From Calditrichales bacterium (GTDB lineage: Bacteria; Calditrichota; Calditrichia; Calditrichales; J004), in NCBI GenBank assembly GCA_965267575.1, contig OZ254086.1, positions 1,568,001 through 1,632,000 of the forward strand: a stretch of DNA of 64,000 nt, read 5' to 3'. Under the pieces are notes generated by a model. The model made no database searches. It worked only from the letters and a program-made list of their open reading frames with translations, and was not told the origin of the DNA. A program made the position numbers and the translations under genes. Numbering within the stretch: the stretch's first letter is position 1; every line of letters starts with the position of its first letter. Of the stretch, positions 28,658 to 36,796 are shown piece after piece.

Positions 28658-28693
28658 ATTGTAAGGGAGATTGCTCACAAAATGTTCACAAAA
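28658..28693 (-). promoter_or_regulatory. Candidate activator-dependent promoter: TACAAT -10 box with tandem TTTTGTGA direct repeats over the -35 region
   Basis: TCACAAAA at 28675-28682 and 28686-28693 (11-bp period); ATTGTA at 28658-28663. Confidence 0.5.
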
Positions 28694-28805
28694 GCCTAAA
28701 AGAGGAAAGGGTATGAAGCCGCGGCTTTCTTGTTTTTGTTCGCAGGCCCCTTTAAATTTGGCGCTCATGTAAAACGCATTTACTTATAGTCACCCGGAGG
28801 TTCTT

Positions 28806-30158
28806 TTGTCCCGATTGATGGTTTCTGTTTCCGGTGTTCGCGGTGAGATTGGCTCTACACTGACCCCGGAAGTTATTCAAAAATACACGCTGGCTTACGG
28901 CACATTTGTAAAAGGTGGAAAAGTTATCCTGGGGCGCGATTCCCGCGTGTCCGGACCATTTGTGATGGACTTGGTAAAAGGTTGTCTGGTGGCTACCGGC
29001 TGCACCGTCATCGATATCGGTATTGTGCCGACGCCGACAGTGCAAATGGCCATCGAGCATCACAAGGCGGATGGTGGTATTGCCATCACAGCCAGCCATA
29101 ACCCGATCCAGTGGAACGGACTGAAGTTTATGGATGCCAACGGGCGCTTCCTCAATCCCGAGCGCGCGCAGATGGTTTATGAGATGGCCGACCGCGGCGA
29201 CGTGACACTGAAAGAGTGGCAGGAGCTGGGGAAAGTGGAGCAGGACGACGAAGCCAACGAAAGGCATATTGATGCGATCCTGGCGCTGGATTACATTGAC
29301 GTTAATAAAATCAAAAAGAAAAAATTTAAGGTAGTGCTGGATACGGTAAATGGCGCCGGTGGCTTGATTGTGCCGCAGCTTCTGAAAAAACTGGGCTGTG
29401 ACCTGACGGTGTTGAACGGCGAGCCCCATGGCCGATTTGCCCATACGCCCGAGCCGCTGCCGGAAAACATTCGCGATCTGGCCAGCAAAGTGCGCGAAGA
29501 GAAGGCCGATGTCGGTTTTGCCGTTGATCCCGATGTGGACCGCTGCGCCATTGTGGATAATGAAGGCAATCCGCTGGGTGAAGAATACACATTGGCGCTG
29601 GCGGTGAAATTGGTGCTTTCGCAAAAAATGGGACGCGTTGTCGTAAATATGTCCACATCACGCACTTCGGAAGATATTGCCCGCTACCACAATTGCATGT
29701 TTGTGCGCAGCAAGGTGGGTGAGATAAACGTGGCCGAAAAGATGCTGGAAGTGGACGCCATTATCGGCGGTGAGGGCAACGGCGGCGTTATTCTGCCAGA
29801 GTTACATGTTGGACGTGACGCGCCGCTGGCCGTGGCGATGACGCTGCAGTTTATGGCTGATTTCGACGGTACGCTGAAGGAGCTGAAAGCGTCGCTGCCG
29901 CAATACACCATGGTGAAGGACAAGATAGATATTGAGGGCGTTGACCCGGACAAAGTAATAGCGGCGTTGACCGATAAGTACAAAAAAGAACAGCTCAACC
30001 TTCTGGACGGGCTCAAGATAGATTTTGACGACAGCTGGGTGCATCTGCGCAAATCCAACACGGAGCCGATTGTGCGCATCATTGCCGAGGCACCGACGAC
30101 AGAGAAGGCGCGGGAGCTGGTGGATACTTTTAAAAAAGAGATCGGTTCGGTGAACTGA
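28806..30158 (+). CDS. glmM: Alpha-D-phosphohexomutase (phosphoglucosamine mutase / PMM-PGM family)
   Basis: SVSGVRG, ITASHNP phosphoserine motif, DPDVDR metal loop, GEGNGG, RKSNTEP; TTG start with SD GGAGG; substrate not certain. Confidence 0.75.
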   Translation: MSRLMVSVSGVRGEIGSTLTPEVIQKYTLAYGTFVKGGKVILGRDSRVSGPFVMDLVKGCLVATGCTVIDIGIVPTPTVQMAIEHHKADGGIAITASHNPIQWNGLKFMDANGRFLNPERAQMVYEMADRGDVTLKEWQELGKVEQDDEANERHIDAILALDYIDVNKIKKKKFKVVLDTVNGAGGLIVPQLLKKLGCDLTVLNGEPHGRFAHTPEPLPENIRDLASKVREEKADVGFAVDPDVDRCAIVDNEGNPLGEEYTLALAVKLVLSQKMGRVVVNMSTSRTSEDIARYHNCMFVRSKVGEINVAEKMLEVDAIIGGEGNGGVILPELHVGRDAPLAVAMTLQFMADFDGTLKELKASLPQYTMVKDKIDIEGVDPDKVIAALTDKYKKEQLNLLDGLKIDFDDSWVHLRKSNTEPIVRIIAEAPTTEKARELVDTFKKEIGSVN

Positions 30159-30445
30159 TGCAAATCTGCCGCGTGGTCGGGGATGTGGTTTCGGTAGTTA
30201 AGAATCCGCGCCTGGCGAATAAAAAGATTTTGCTGGTGCAGCCGTTGGACCTGAAAGGCCAATTGAGCGGCACCGCGATTCTGGCGCTGGACACGGTTGA
30301 TGCCGGCGTTGGCGACCGCGTTCTGGTGATGCGCGAGGGCGGTTCGGCACGTATCGTGTTTAATGACAAGGAAACACCGGTTCAGGCTGTCATTACCGGC
30401 GTGGTGGATGATATAGATGTGCCGGATGAAAAAGATACTTTATAA
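30158..30445 (+). CDS. Bacterial microcompartment vertex protein (BMC-P, EutN/CcmL family)
   Basis: MQICRVVGDVVSVVK...KILLVQP...ALDTVDAGVGDRVL...GGSAR...VQAVITGVVD. Confidence 0.95.
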   Translation: MQICRVVGDVVSVVKNPRLANKKILLVQPLDLKGQLSGTAILALDTVDAGVGDRVLVMREGGSARIVFNDKETPVQAVITGVVDDIDVPDEKDTL

Positions 30446-30461
30446 ACTTTGAGAGAAGAAC

Positions 30462-31307
30462 ATGTCTTCCATAACAAGCCACGATATTGAAAGTATAATC
30501 AGCCAGGTGATAAACGAAACCAGCCTGGACACCTGCCCCCATTGCGAGGAAAAGCGGCCGTTCAGCTACGAAGCCGGCAACGAGCTTGTTTCCTTCGGGG
30601 CGTCGCGAATCGGTGTGGTGGCGCCAAGTTGCCCGCCCAAATACGAAATGGCCCGCTGGATCGATCATACGCAGCTTAAGCCGGATACCAGCGAACAGCA
30701 GATCGAACATATCTGCGAAGAGGCACGGCAGCATCATTTTGCGTCGGTTTGCATCAACCCCACGTGGGTGCCGCTGTGCCACAAATTGCTGCGCGGCAGT
30801 GGCGTAAAGGTGTGCACGGTAATCGGCTTTCCGCTGGGGGCAACGCTGCCGCAAGTAAAGGCGTTGGAGACAAAGCTGGTGATCGACCAGGGCGCCGATG
30901 AAGTGGATATGGTGATTAACGTGGGCGCGCTGAAGTCGGGCGACCTGGCAATGGTGGAGCATGATATACGATCGGTAGTGCGCGCGGCATCGCGCAAGGT
31001 GGTTAAGGTGATCCTTGAGACCTGCCTGCTCAGCGAAGAGGAGAAGGTGACGGCCTGTGTCATTGCCAAAAAGGCCGGCGCCGATTTTGTAAAGACTTCG
31101 ACCGGGTTTAGTCATGGCGGCGCGACGGTAGCCGATGTGGCGCTGATGCGTGAGGCGGTTGGCCGGGAAATGGGCGTAAAGGCCAGCGGCGGTGTGCGCA
31201 GTTACGAAGAGGCCTGCAAGATGGTTGAAGCCGGGGCCACCCGTATCGGGGCCAGTGCCAGCGTGGCGATCGTAGGAAACGGTGTGCCCGAAAAAAGCGG
31301 TTATTAA
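30462..31307 (+). CDS. deoC: Deoxyribose-phosphate aldolase with about 60 aa N-terminal extension
   Basis: [47 protein letters not shown]. Confidence 0.96.
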   Translation: MSSITSHDIESIISQVINETSLDTCPHCEEKRPFSYEAGNELVSFGASRIGVVAPSCPPKYEMARWIDHTQLKPDTSEQQIEHICEEARQHHFASVCINPTWVPLCHKLLRGSGVKVCTVIGFPLGATLPQVKALETKLVIDQGADEVDMVINVGALKSGDLAMVEHDIRSVVRAASRKVVKVILETCLLSEEEKVTACVIAKKAGADFVKTSTGFSHGGATVADVALMREAVGREMGVKASGGVRSYEEACKMVEAGATRIGASASVAIVGNGVPEKSGY

Positions 31308-31313
31308 AGCACT

Positions 31314-31547
31314 ATGACCACGAGCGACCATCAACACAATCTTGAGGCAAAAATCGTCTTCTACCGGTTTTTAGTTGGTGCGTCCATTGTCCTTACGCTC
31401 ACAATAGCGCCGCTACTTACACTTTTAAACGTTTTGGATTTTAATGACTGGACTGTGGTTCTTGCGATAGCCCCTTTTGTTTTTTTAACCCACTATTCAC
31501 ATCAAAAACTGCAAAAATTGAAAGCCCGCCGAAAAAGAAGATTATGA
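31314..31547 (+). CDS. Small hypothetical protein with two TM helices
   Basis: Two hydrophobic segments, basic C-terminus, ATGA overlap with pdp. Confidence 0.6.
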   Translation: MTTSDHQHNLEAKIVFYRFLVGASIVLTLTIAPLLTLLNVLDFNDWTVVLAIAPFVFLTHYSHQKLQKLKARRKRRL

Positions 31548-32857
31548 CGGCATACGAAATTATAAGCAAAAAAAGAGATGGCAAAACACTAAGCCAAGAT
31601 GAGATTGAATTTATGGTTCACGGCACCAACGGCGACGTGCCGGATTACCAGCTTTCGGCCTGGCTTATGGCGATTTTCCTTAATGGAATGGATGCCAAAG
31701 AGAGCCATTGGCTGACCCAGGCCATGCTGCATTCCGGGGATGTGGTTGACCTGTCGGAAATAGGCGCTGTTAAGGTGGACAAGCACAGCACCGGCGGCGT
31801 GGGTGATAAAATGTCGATTGCCCTGGCGCCGATTGTAGCCGCGGCGGGTGTACCCGTTCCGATGATCTCGGGGCGCGGTTTGGGTCACACGGGCGGTACG
31901 CTGGACAAGCTGGAAAGCATTCCCGGCTTCCGCGTCGACTACGATACCGCCACCTATAAAAAACTGGTGCGCGAAAACGGCTGCTGCCTGATCGGGCAAA
32001 CCGCGCGTATCGCTCCCGCCGATAAAAAGCTATACGCCCTGCGTGACGTGACAGCGACGGTGCAATCCATACCGCTGATCGCCGCCTCAATTATGAGTAA
32101 AAAACTGGCCGAAGGCATTGATGCCCTGGTGCTGGACGTGAAAACCGGCAGCGGTGCTTTTATGCAGGAATACGATCGCAGTAAAGAGCTGGCTCGTACA
32201 CTGGTGCAAATTGGCACAGAGGCCGGTAAGGAGACCATCGCGCTGATTACCGATATGAATCAGCCGTTGGGAAACGCCGTTGGCAACTGGCTGGAGGTGC
32301 GCGAGTGTATTGATATTTTGCATGGCGAGGGTCCACCGGACAGCACGGAAATTACCATCGCCCTGGCGGCGGAGATGTTGTTGCTGGGCAAGAAAGCCGA
32401 CAACCGCGATGAGGGTGAAGCGCTGGCCCGGGAAATGGTGAGCAGCGGAAAGGCCTGGCAAAAGCTGCTGCAAATCGTCCGGGCGCAGGAAGGAGACACA
32501 CAGGTTTTGGAAAGCCCGGACAGCTACCCAAAGGCCGCCTTTAAAAAAGAGGTCGCCGCGAAAAAATCCGGATATATCAGCGCGATGAATGCGCAGGAAA
32601 TTGGCCTCTGCTCGGTGCAGCTGGGTGCCGGCCGCCAGAAATGGGAAGACAAAATCGACCCCGCCGCTGGAATTATGATGCACAAAAAAATGGGCGATCG
32701 CGCCGAAAAAGGGGACACGCTGGCAACGCTTTACACGGAGAAGGAAGGAAATCTGGCCGAAGCTGAAGATCGTTTTCTGAAAGCGTTCACCATTTCCGAT
32801 ACACCCGCAGAGAAGCCGAAACTGGTTTACGAGCGCCTGGATAGCGGCGACCTATGA
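31544..32857 (+). CDS. pdp: Pyrimidine-nucleoside / thymidine phosphorylase
   Basis: DKHSTGGVGDK, SGRGLGHTGGTLDKLE, YALRDVTATV, SIMSKKLA, LDVKTGSGAF. Confidence 0.96.
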   Translation: MTAYEIISKKRDGKTLSQDEIEFMVHGTNGDVPDYQLSAWLMAIFLNGMDAKESHWLTQAMLHSGDVVDLSEIGAVKVDKHSTGGVGDKMSIALAPIVAAAGVPVPMISGRGLGHTGGTLDKLESIPGFRVDYDTATYKKLVRENGCCLIGQTARIAPADKKLYALRDVTATVQSIPLIAASIMSKKLAEGIDALVLDVKTGSGAFMQEYDRSKELARTLVQIGTEAGKETIALITDMNQPLGNAVGNWLEVRECIDILHGEGPPDSTEITIALAAEMLLLGKKADNRDEGEALAREMVSSGKAWQKLLQIVRAQEGDTQVLESPDSYPKAAFKKEVAAKKSGYISAMNAQEIGLCSVQLGAGRQKWEDKIDPAAGIMMHKKMGDRAEKGDTLATLYTEKEGNLAEAEDRFLKAFTISDTPAEKPKLVYERLDSGDL

Positions 32858-33645
32858 AACGCCTTAACAAGCGTCAGCTCAAACGCATTGAGCACATGTT
32901 CCGCGAAAAACGCGACCGCAAGGAAAAGCAGCAGATGCTGCACAGCGGTGAACTGCCCAAGTATATCGAACGCCACGTTCCGCTTATCCGCCGCCTTGCC
33001 CCCAACCTGGACCAGCTTATGATTGTGGCCAGTTTTGCAAAGCCCAAGCTTAAAATCGGCCTGATTGACCGCCTGACCGTTTTGGCCGAGATCGAAGAAC
33101 TGCAAACGATTATTTGCCTGAACAAAGTGGATCTGCTGGAGGACCGTGAGGAAGCCACAGATTTGGCCGCGATTTACCGTGATATCGGTTATGACGTGGT
33201 AATTACCTCCGCCAAAGAGAAAAGTGGCATTGAAGAGTTGTTTGAACTGATGGGCGGAAAAACCACGGCCCTGGCTGGTCACTCCGGCGTGGGTAAAAGC
33301 AGCCTGCTCAACGCGCTGGACCCGGAGCTGGAAATCCGCGTGGGGGAAGTGTCGGAGTGGAACCAGAAAGGGCGCCACACCACAACGACAGTTACAACCT
33401 ACCAGCTTTCCGGATGCATCGAGGTAATCGACCTGCCGGGCATGAAGCATGTGGATTTCCCCGATCTGCACCGCGACGAACTGCGGCTTTTCTTCCGTGA
33501 ATTTAACGAGCGGTCCGAAAGCTGCAAGTTTCGCGATTGCCTGCACATTCACGAGGACGCCTGTGCTGTAAAGCAAGCCATTGCAGAGGGAGAGATTTCA
33601 GGGGAGCGCTATAACAGCTATATGACAATTTTTAATACGCTGTAG
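32854..33645 (+). CDS. rsgA: Ribosome small subunit-dependent GTPase A (circularly permuted GTPase), lacking the N-terminal OB domain
   Basis: NKVD, TSA, GHSGVGKS, GRHTT, DLPG, zinc finger CKFRDCLHIHEDAC. Confidence 0.9.
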   Translation: MKRLNKRQLKRIEHMFREKRDRKEKQQMLHSGELPKYIERHVPLIRRLAPNLDQLMIVASFAKPKLKIGLIDRLTVLAEIEELQTIICLNKVDLLEDREEATDLAAIYRDIGYDVVITSAKEKSGIEELFELMGGKTTALAGHSGVGKSSLLNALDPELEIRVGEVSEWNQKGRHTTTTVTTYQLSGCIEVIDLPGMKHVDFPDLHRDELRLFFREFNERSESCKFRDCLHIHEDACAVKQAIAEGEISGERYNSYMTIFNTL

Positions 33646-33669
33646 CCGAAACTATCGGCAATCGTGTTT

Positions 33670-33764
33670 GTCATTCCTGCGCAAGCAGGAATCCGCTGTG
33701 TTTTATAGCTCGAGACTTTAGGACAGAAGGACATATTCCTGGATTCCACTTTCGTGGGAATGAC
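33670..33764. repeat. Inverted pair of REP palindromes (REPIN-like)
   Basis: GTCATTCCTGCGCAAGCAGGAATCC (33670-33694) ... GGATTCCACTTTCGTGGGAATGAC (33741-33764). Confidence 0.85.
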
Positions 33765-33894
33765 TACAACGGTGTTTTGCTTGAAACATAAGGCCCGGCC
33801 CCAATAATTTTTCTAATGTGACTAATGGCCGATAAAAAGATGATCAAAGCCATTATTCTTCGTATTTTACCTGTCCACTAAAAAAGGACCCATT

Positions 33895-34431
33895 ATGAAA
33901 ATCCTGCTTGGTGTTACATCTTCGATTGCGGCCTACCGCACGCCCAACCTGGTGTCGCGGCTACGCAAAGAGGGGAGTGAGATCGTCTGCATGGTGTCGG
34001 AGCGGGCCAAAGCTTTTGTGGCGCCTCAGGCACTGGCGGTGATGAGCCAAAACCCATGCTACAGCGATGCCGATGAGTGGAAAAACACCGACGACGTGCT
34101 GCACATCCGGCTGGCGAAATGGTGTGATGTTTTTCTGCTGGCGCCGGCAACGGCCAACACGCTGGCCAAAATCGCCAACGGTTTCTGTGACAACCTGCTA
34201 ACGAGTACCGTGCGCGCCCTGGGCGACAAGCCCCTGATTGTCGCGCCGGCCATGAACACACGTATGTGGAAAAATGCTTTCACGCAGGAACATATTGATG
34301 CAATTGCAAAACATTATACGTTGACCGTAATTGACCCGGTAGAAAAGATGCTGGCCGATGGTGACCAGGGTATGGGCGGTTTGGCGGAAGATGAGACGAT
34401 CATTGCGGCCGTGAATAAAACTAAAAAGTAG
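33895..34431 (+). CDS. Stand-alone HFCD flavoprotein (CoaC/PPC-decarboxylase-like)
   Basis: ILLGVTSSIAAY, LHIRLA, APATANTLAK, APAMN; clamp reads LADGDQGMG. Confidence 0.85.
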   Translation: MKILLGVTSSIAAYRTPNLVSRLRKEGSEIVCMVSERAKAFVAPQALAVMSQNPCYSDADEWKNTDDVLHIRLAKWCDVFLLAPATANTLAKIANGFCDNLLTSTVRALGDKPLIVAPAMNTRMWKNAFTQEHIDAIAKHYTLTVIDPVEKMLADGDQGMGGLAEDETIIAAVNKTKK

Positions 34432-34460
34432 CACAAAATTTATTTCGTGACACACCGTTT

Positions 34461-34547
34461 GTCATTCTGAACGAAGCGAAGGGGCTTGAACCTGTCTTTG
34501 AGAGTTTTCCCGATCAAGATCAAGAGCATGATCATGATCAAGAGTTT
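34461..34547. repeat. GTCATT-type REP remnant plus 6-mer array, copy 3
   Basis: GTCATTCTGAACGAAGCGAAG at 34461; GATCAA-GATCAA-GAGCAT-GATCAT-GATCAA at 34512-34541; 20 nt identical to 6377-6396. Confidence 0.75.
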
Positions 34548-34582
34548 CTTCATGATTAATTGTAAAAAGGAGTAATTTAAAA

Positions 34583-36136
34583 ATGAGACCGGTATGTATA
34601 ATTATCCGCGATGGCTGGGGCTATAACGAGAATCCCAAAGGCAACGCCGTTCTGGCAGCCGATACGCCTAATGTGGACAGCTATAAGAAAAATTACCCCT
34701 GGACGCTGATAAAGACATCGGGGGAGGCCGTGGGGTTGCCTGATGGCTTTATGGGTTCCAGCGAAGTGGGCCACCTCAATATTGGCGCCGGCCGTATCGT
34801 TGTGCAGGAGCTGAAACGCATCGATGACGGCTTTAAAGATGGCTCGATCTTTGAAAATGAGAAGTGGAAAGATTTTATCAAAAGCTGGAAAGAAAACAGC
34901 TCAAACCTGCACCTGATGGGGCTGCTGCAAAACGAAGGCGTGCATGCCCACCAGGACCACCTGTTTAAAATCATGCGCCGGGCACGGCAGGAATTTGCCG
35001 ACGGCCATATTGTAATCCACCCCTTTTTGGATGGCCGCGATTCGGCGCCGAAGAGTACGCTGGAGTTTATGGCCATGCTGCGCGAGGTGATGCAGGAGGT
35101 TGGCAATTGCAGCATCGGGACGGTGATGGGACGCTATTATGCCATGGACCGCGCCGGCGACTGGAAGCTTACGGACAAGGCCTTTCACTGTCTGATAGAT
35201 GGCCAAGGCAGACAGTTTGCGAACCCCGAAGAGGCAATAAAACAATCGTACGAAAATGAAAAAACACCCGATGGTGAGGAGATGTTTGATGAGTACATCC
35301 CGCCGCTGGTATTGGAAGGCTATAAAGGGATTAACGACGGCGATTGCGTGTTCCACTTTAACTACCGCCAGGACCGCGCGCGGCAGCTGACGATGGCTTT
35401 TGTGGAGGACAACTATGAAGGCAATCGCAAGCGGCGTCCGGACGTGACCTACCTGGCTTTTACGCGCTATTACGATGAACTGAAACAATACCTGATGGGC
35501 GCCATGGGTAGCGGCGGCACGATGAACAATCTGCTGGGCGAGGTGCTGGGTAATGCCGGTTTACGCCAGTTGCGCATCTCCGAGACACAGAAATTTCCCC
35601 ATGTGACCAGCTTTTTTAACGGAAAGAAAACCACCCCGTTTAAAGGCGAAGATTGGGTGGAGATCAAAAGCAAGATCGATCCCTCCGAGTACGCGCGTTT
35701 CCCGCAAATGGAAGCAAAAGCGATCAACGAAGAGCTGTTAAAAAGGCTGGAAGAAAATCCTTATGCGCTGATTGTGTTGAACTATCCCAATGCCGATATG
35801 GTGGGACACACCGGCAGCTTTGACGCGGCAAAAAAAGCCGTGGAAACGGTGGACGCAGCCCTGGGTCCGATTGTGAAACGGCTGCTGGAATTGGATGCCC
35901 ACATCCTGTTGACGGCAGACCACGGCAACTCCGAGCAGATGGTGGATTATAACACCGGCATGACCAAAACCAGCCACACCACCTTTGACGTGGAGCTGAT
36001 CTACATCGCCAACGATGCAGGGGATAAAAAACTTAAAAGCGGCGGTAAGCTCTCCGACTTGGCCCCGACGACACTGAAGCTGCTGGGCGTCGATATACCG
36101 TCCGAAATGACGTCGAATGTCTTGATTGAGGGGTAG
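34583..36136 (+). CDS. gpmI: 2,3-bisphosphoglycerate-independent phosphoglycerate mutase
   Basis: DGWG, MGSSEVGH, LDGRD, GRYYAMDR, NYRQDRARQ, NADMVGHTG, TADHGN. Confidence 0.96.
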   Translation: MRPVCIIIRDGWGYNENPKGNAVLAADTPNVDSYKKNYPWTLIKTSGEAVGLPDGFMGSSEVGHLNIGAGRIVVQELKRIDDGFKDGSIFENEKWKDFIKSWKENSSNLHLMGLLQNEGVHAHQDHLFKIMRRARQEFADGHIVIHPFLDGRDSAPKSTLEFMAMLREVMQEVGNCSIGTVMGRYYAMDRAGDWKLTDKAFHCLIDGQGRQFANPEEAIKQSYENEKTPDGEEMFDEYIPPLVLEGYKGINDGDCVFHFNYRQDRARQLTMAFVEDNYEGNRKRRPDVTYLAFTRYYDELKQYLMGAMGSGGTMNNLLGEVLGNAGLRQLRISETQKFPHVTSFFNGKKTTPFKGEDWVEIKSKIDPSEYARFPQMEAKAINEELLKRLEENPYALIVLNYPNADMVGHTGSFDAAKKAVETVDAALGPIVKRLLELDAHILLTADHGNSEQMVDYNTGMTKTSHTTFDVELIYIANDAGDKKLKSGGKLSDLAPTTLKLLGVDIPSEMTSNVLIEG

Positions 36137-36188
36137 AGGGAATTTTTGATCCGCTGAAATTTGAATATTTGGCTTAGCAATTAGACTG

Positions 36189-36217
36189 TTGACACCGTAC
36201 ATACAATGACATAATAT
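36189..36217 (+). promoter_or_regulatory. Sigma70 promoter of the TA pair, probably giving a leaderless mRNA
   Basis: TTGACA-17bp-TAATAT, ATG 5 nt after the -10 box, no SD. Confidence 0.7.
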
Positions 36218-36222
36218 TTGGC

Positions 36223-36480
36223 ATGATCTACTGGGATGAGCAGAAAAATAAAAAGCTGATTGCCGAAAGAAAAATATCGTTTGAGCAAATAGCTGAAAAA
36301 ATATTAAACAAAGAATATCTGGATATTTTAGAAAATCCCAGTAGAAACGATCAGATGGTATTTATCGTAAAATTAAACGAGTATATATACGTAGTTCCGT
36401 TTGTAATAGATGATCAGGAATGTATTGTTCTAAAAACTGCTTATCCTAGTAGAAAGTTTAATAAAATGTATGGTGGTTAA
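36223..36480 (+). CDS. BrnT-like (RelE-fold) toxin
   Basis: WDEQKNKKLIAERKISFE...YIYVVPFV...LKTAYPSRK; AT-rich. Confidence 0.8.
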   Translation: MIYWDEQKNKKLIAERKISFEQIAEKILNKEYLDILENPSRNDQMVFIVKLNEYIYVVPFVIDDQECIVLKTAYPSRKFNKMYGG

Positions 36481-36778
36481 AATGAGTAATAAAAATCTGG
36501 ATTCCTTCGAAAAGGACATTGAAAATAATGCCGATAAATTCGTTAAGGTTTCCCCAAAAACTGAAGACCGAATTAAGGGTATTATCGATAAAGCAAATGA
36601 AAAAAGCAGAATCACGTTAAGATTAAGTAATCAAACCCTTGAATTGATAAAACAAAAGGCCATGGAAGAAGGCTTACCTTATCAAACATATATTTCCAGT
36701 ATCCTCCACAAATTTGCTACAGATAAGCTTTTGGATGAAAAGCAGGTTATCAAATCGATTCAACTCCTGAATAAGTAG
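36470..36778 (+). CDS. CopG/RHH-type antitoxin
   Basis: RITLRLS...IKQKAMEEGLPYQTYISSILH; overlaps the toxin gene. Confidence 0.82.
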   Translation: MVVKMSNKNLDSFEKDIENNADKFVKVSPKTEDRIKGIIDKANEKSRITLRLSNQTLELIKQKAMEEGLPYQTYISSILHKFATDKLLDEKQVIKSIQLLNK

Positions 36779-36796
36779 CACGTTTCTGTATTCTCC

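Noticed and set aside
28628-28768. 47-aa N-terminal extension of the redoxin lipoprotein in the ORF track
   Set aside because: The SD, signal peptide and promoter-like elements support ATG 28627.
33895-34431. LanD of a lanthipeptide/RiPP cluster
   Set aside because: No precursor peptide, LanB/C/M or transporter nearby; only the missing Cys is LanD-like.
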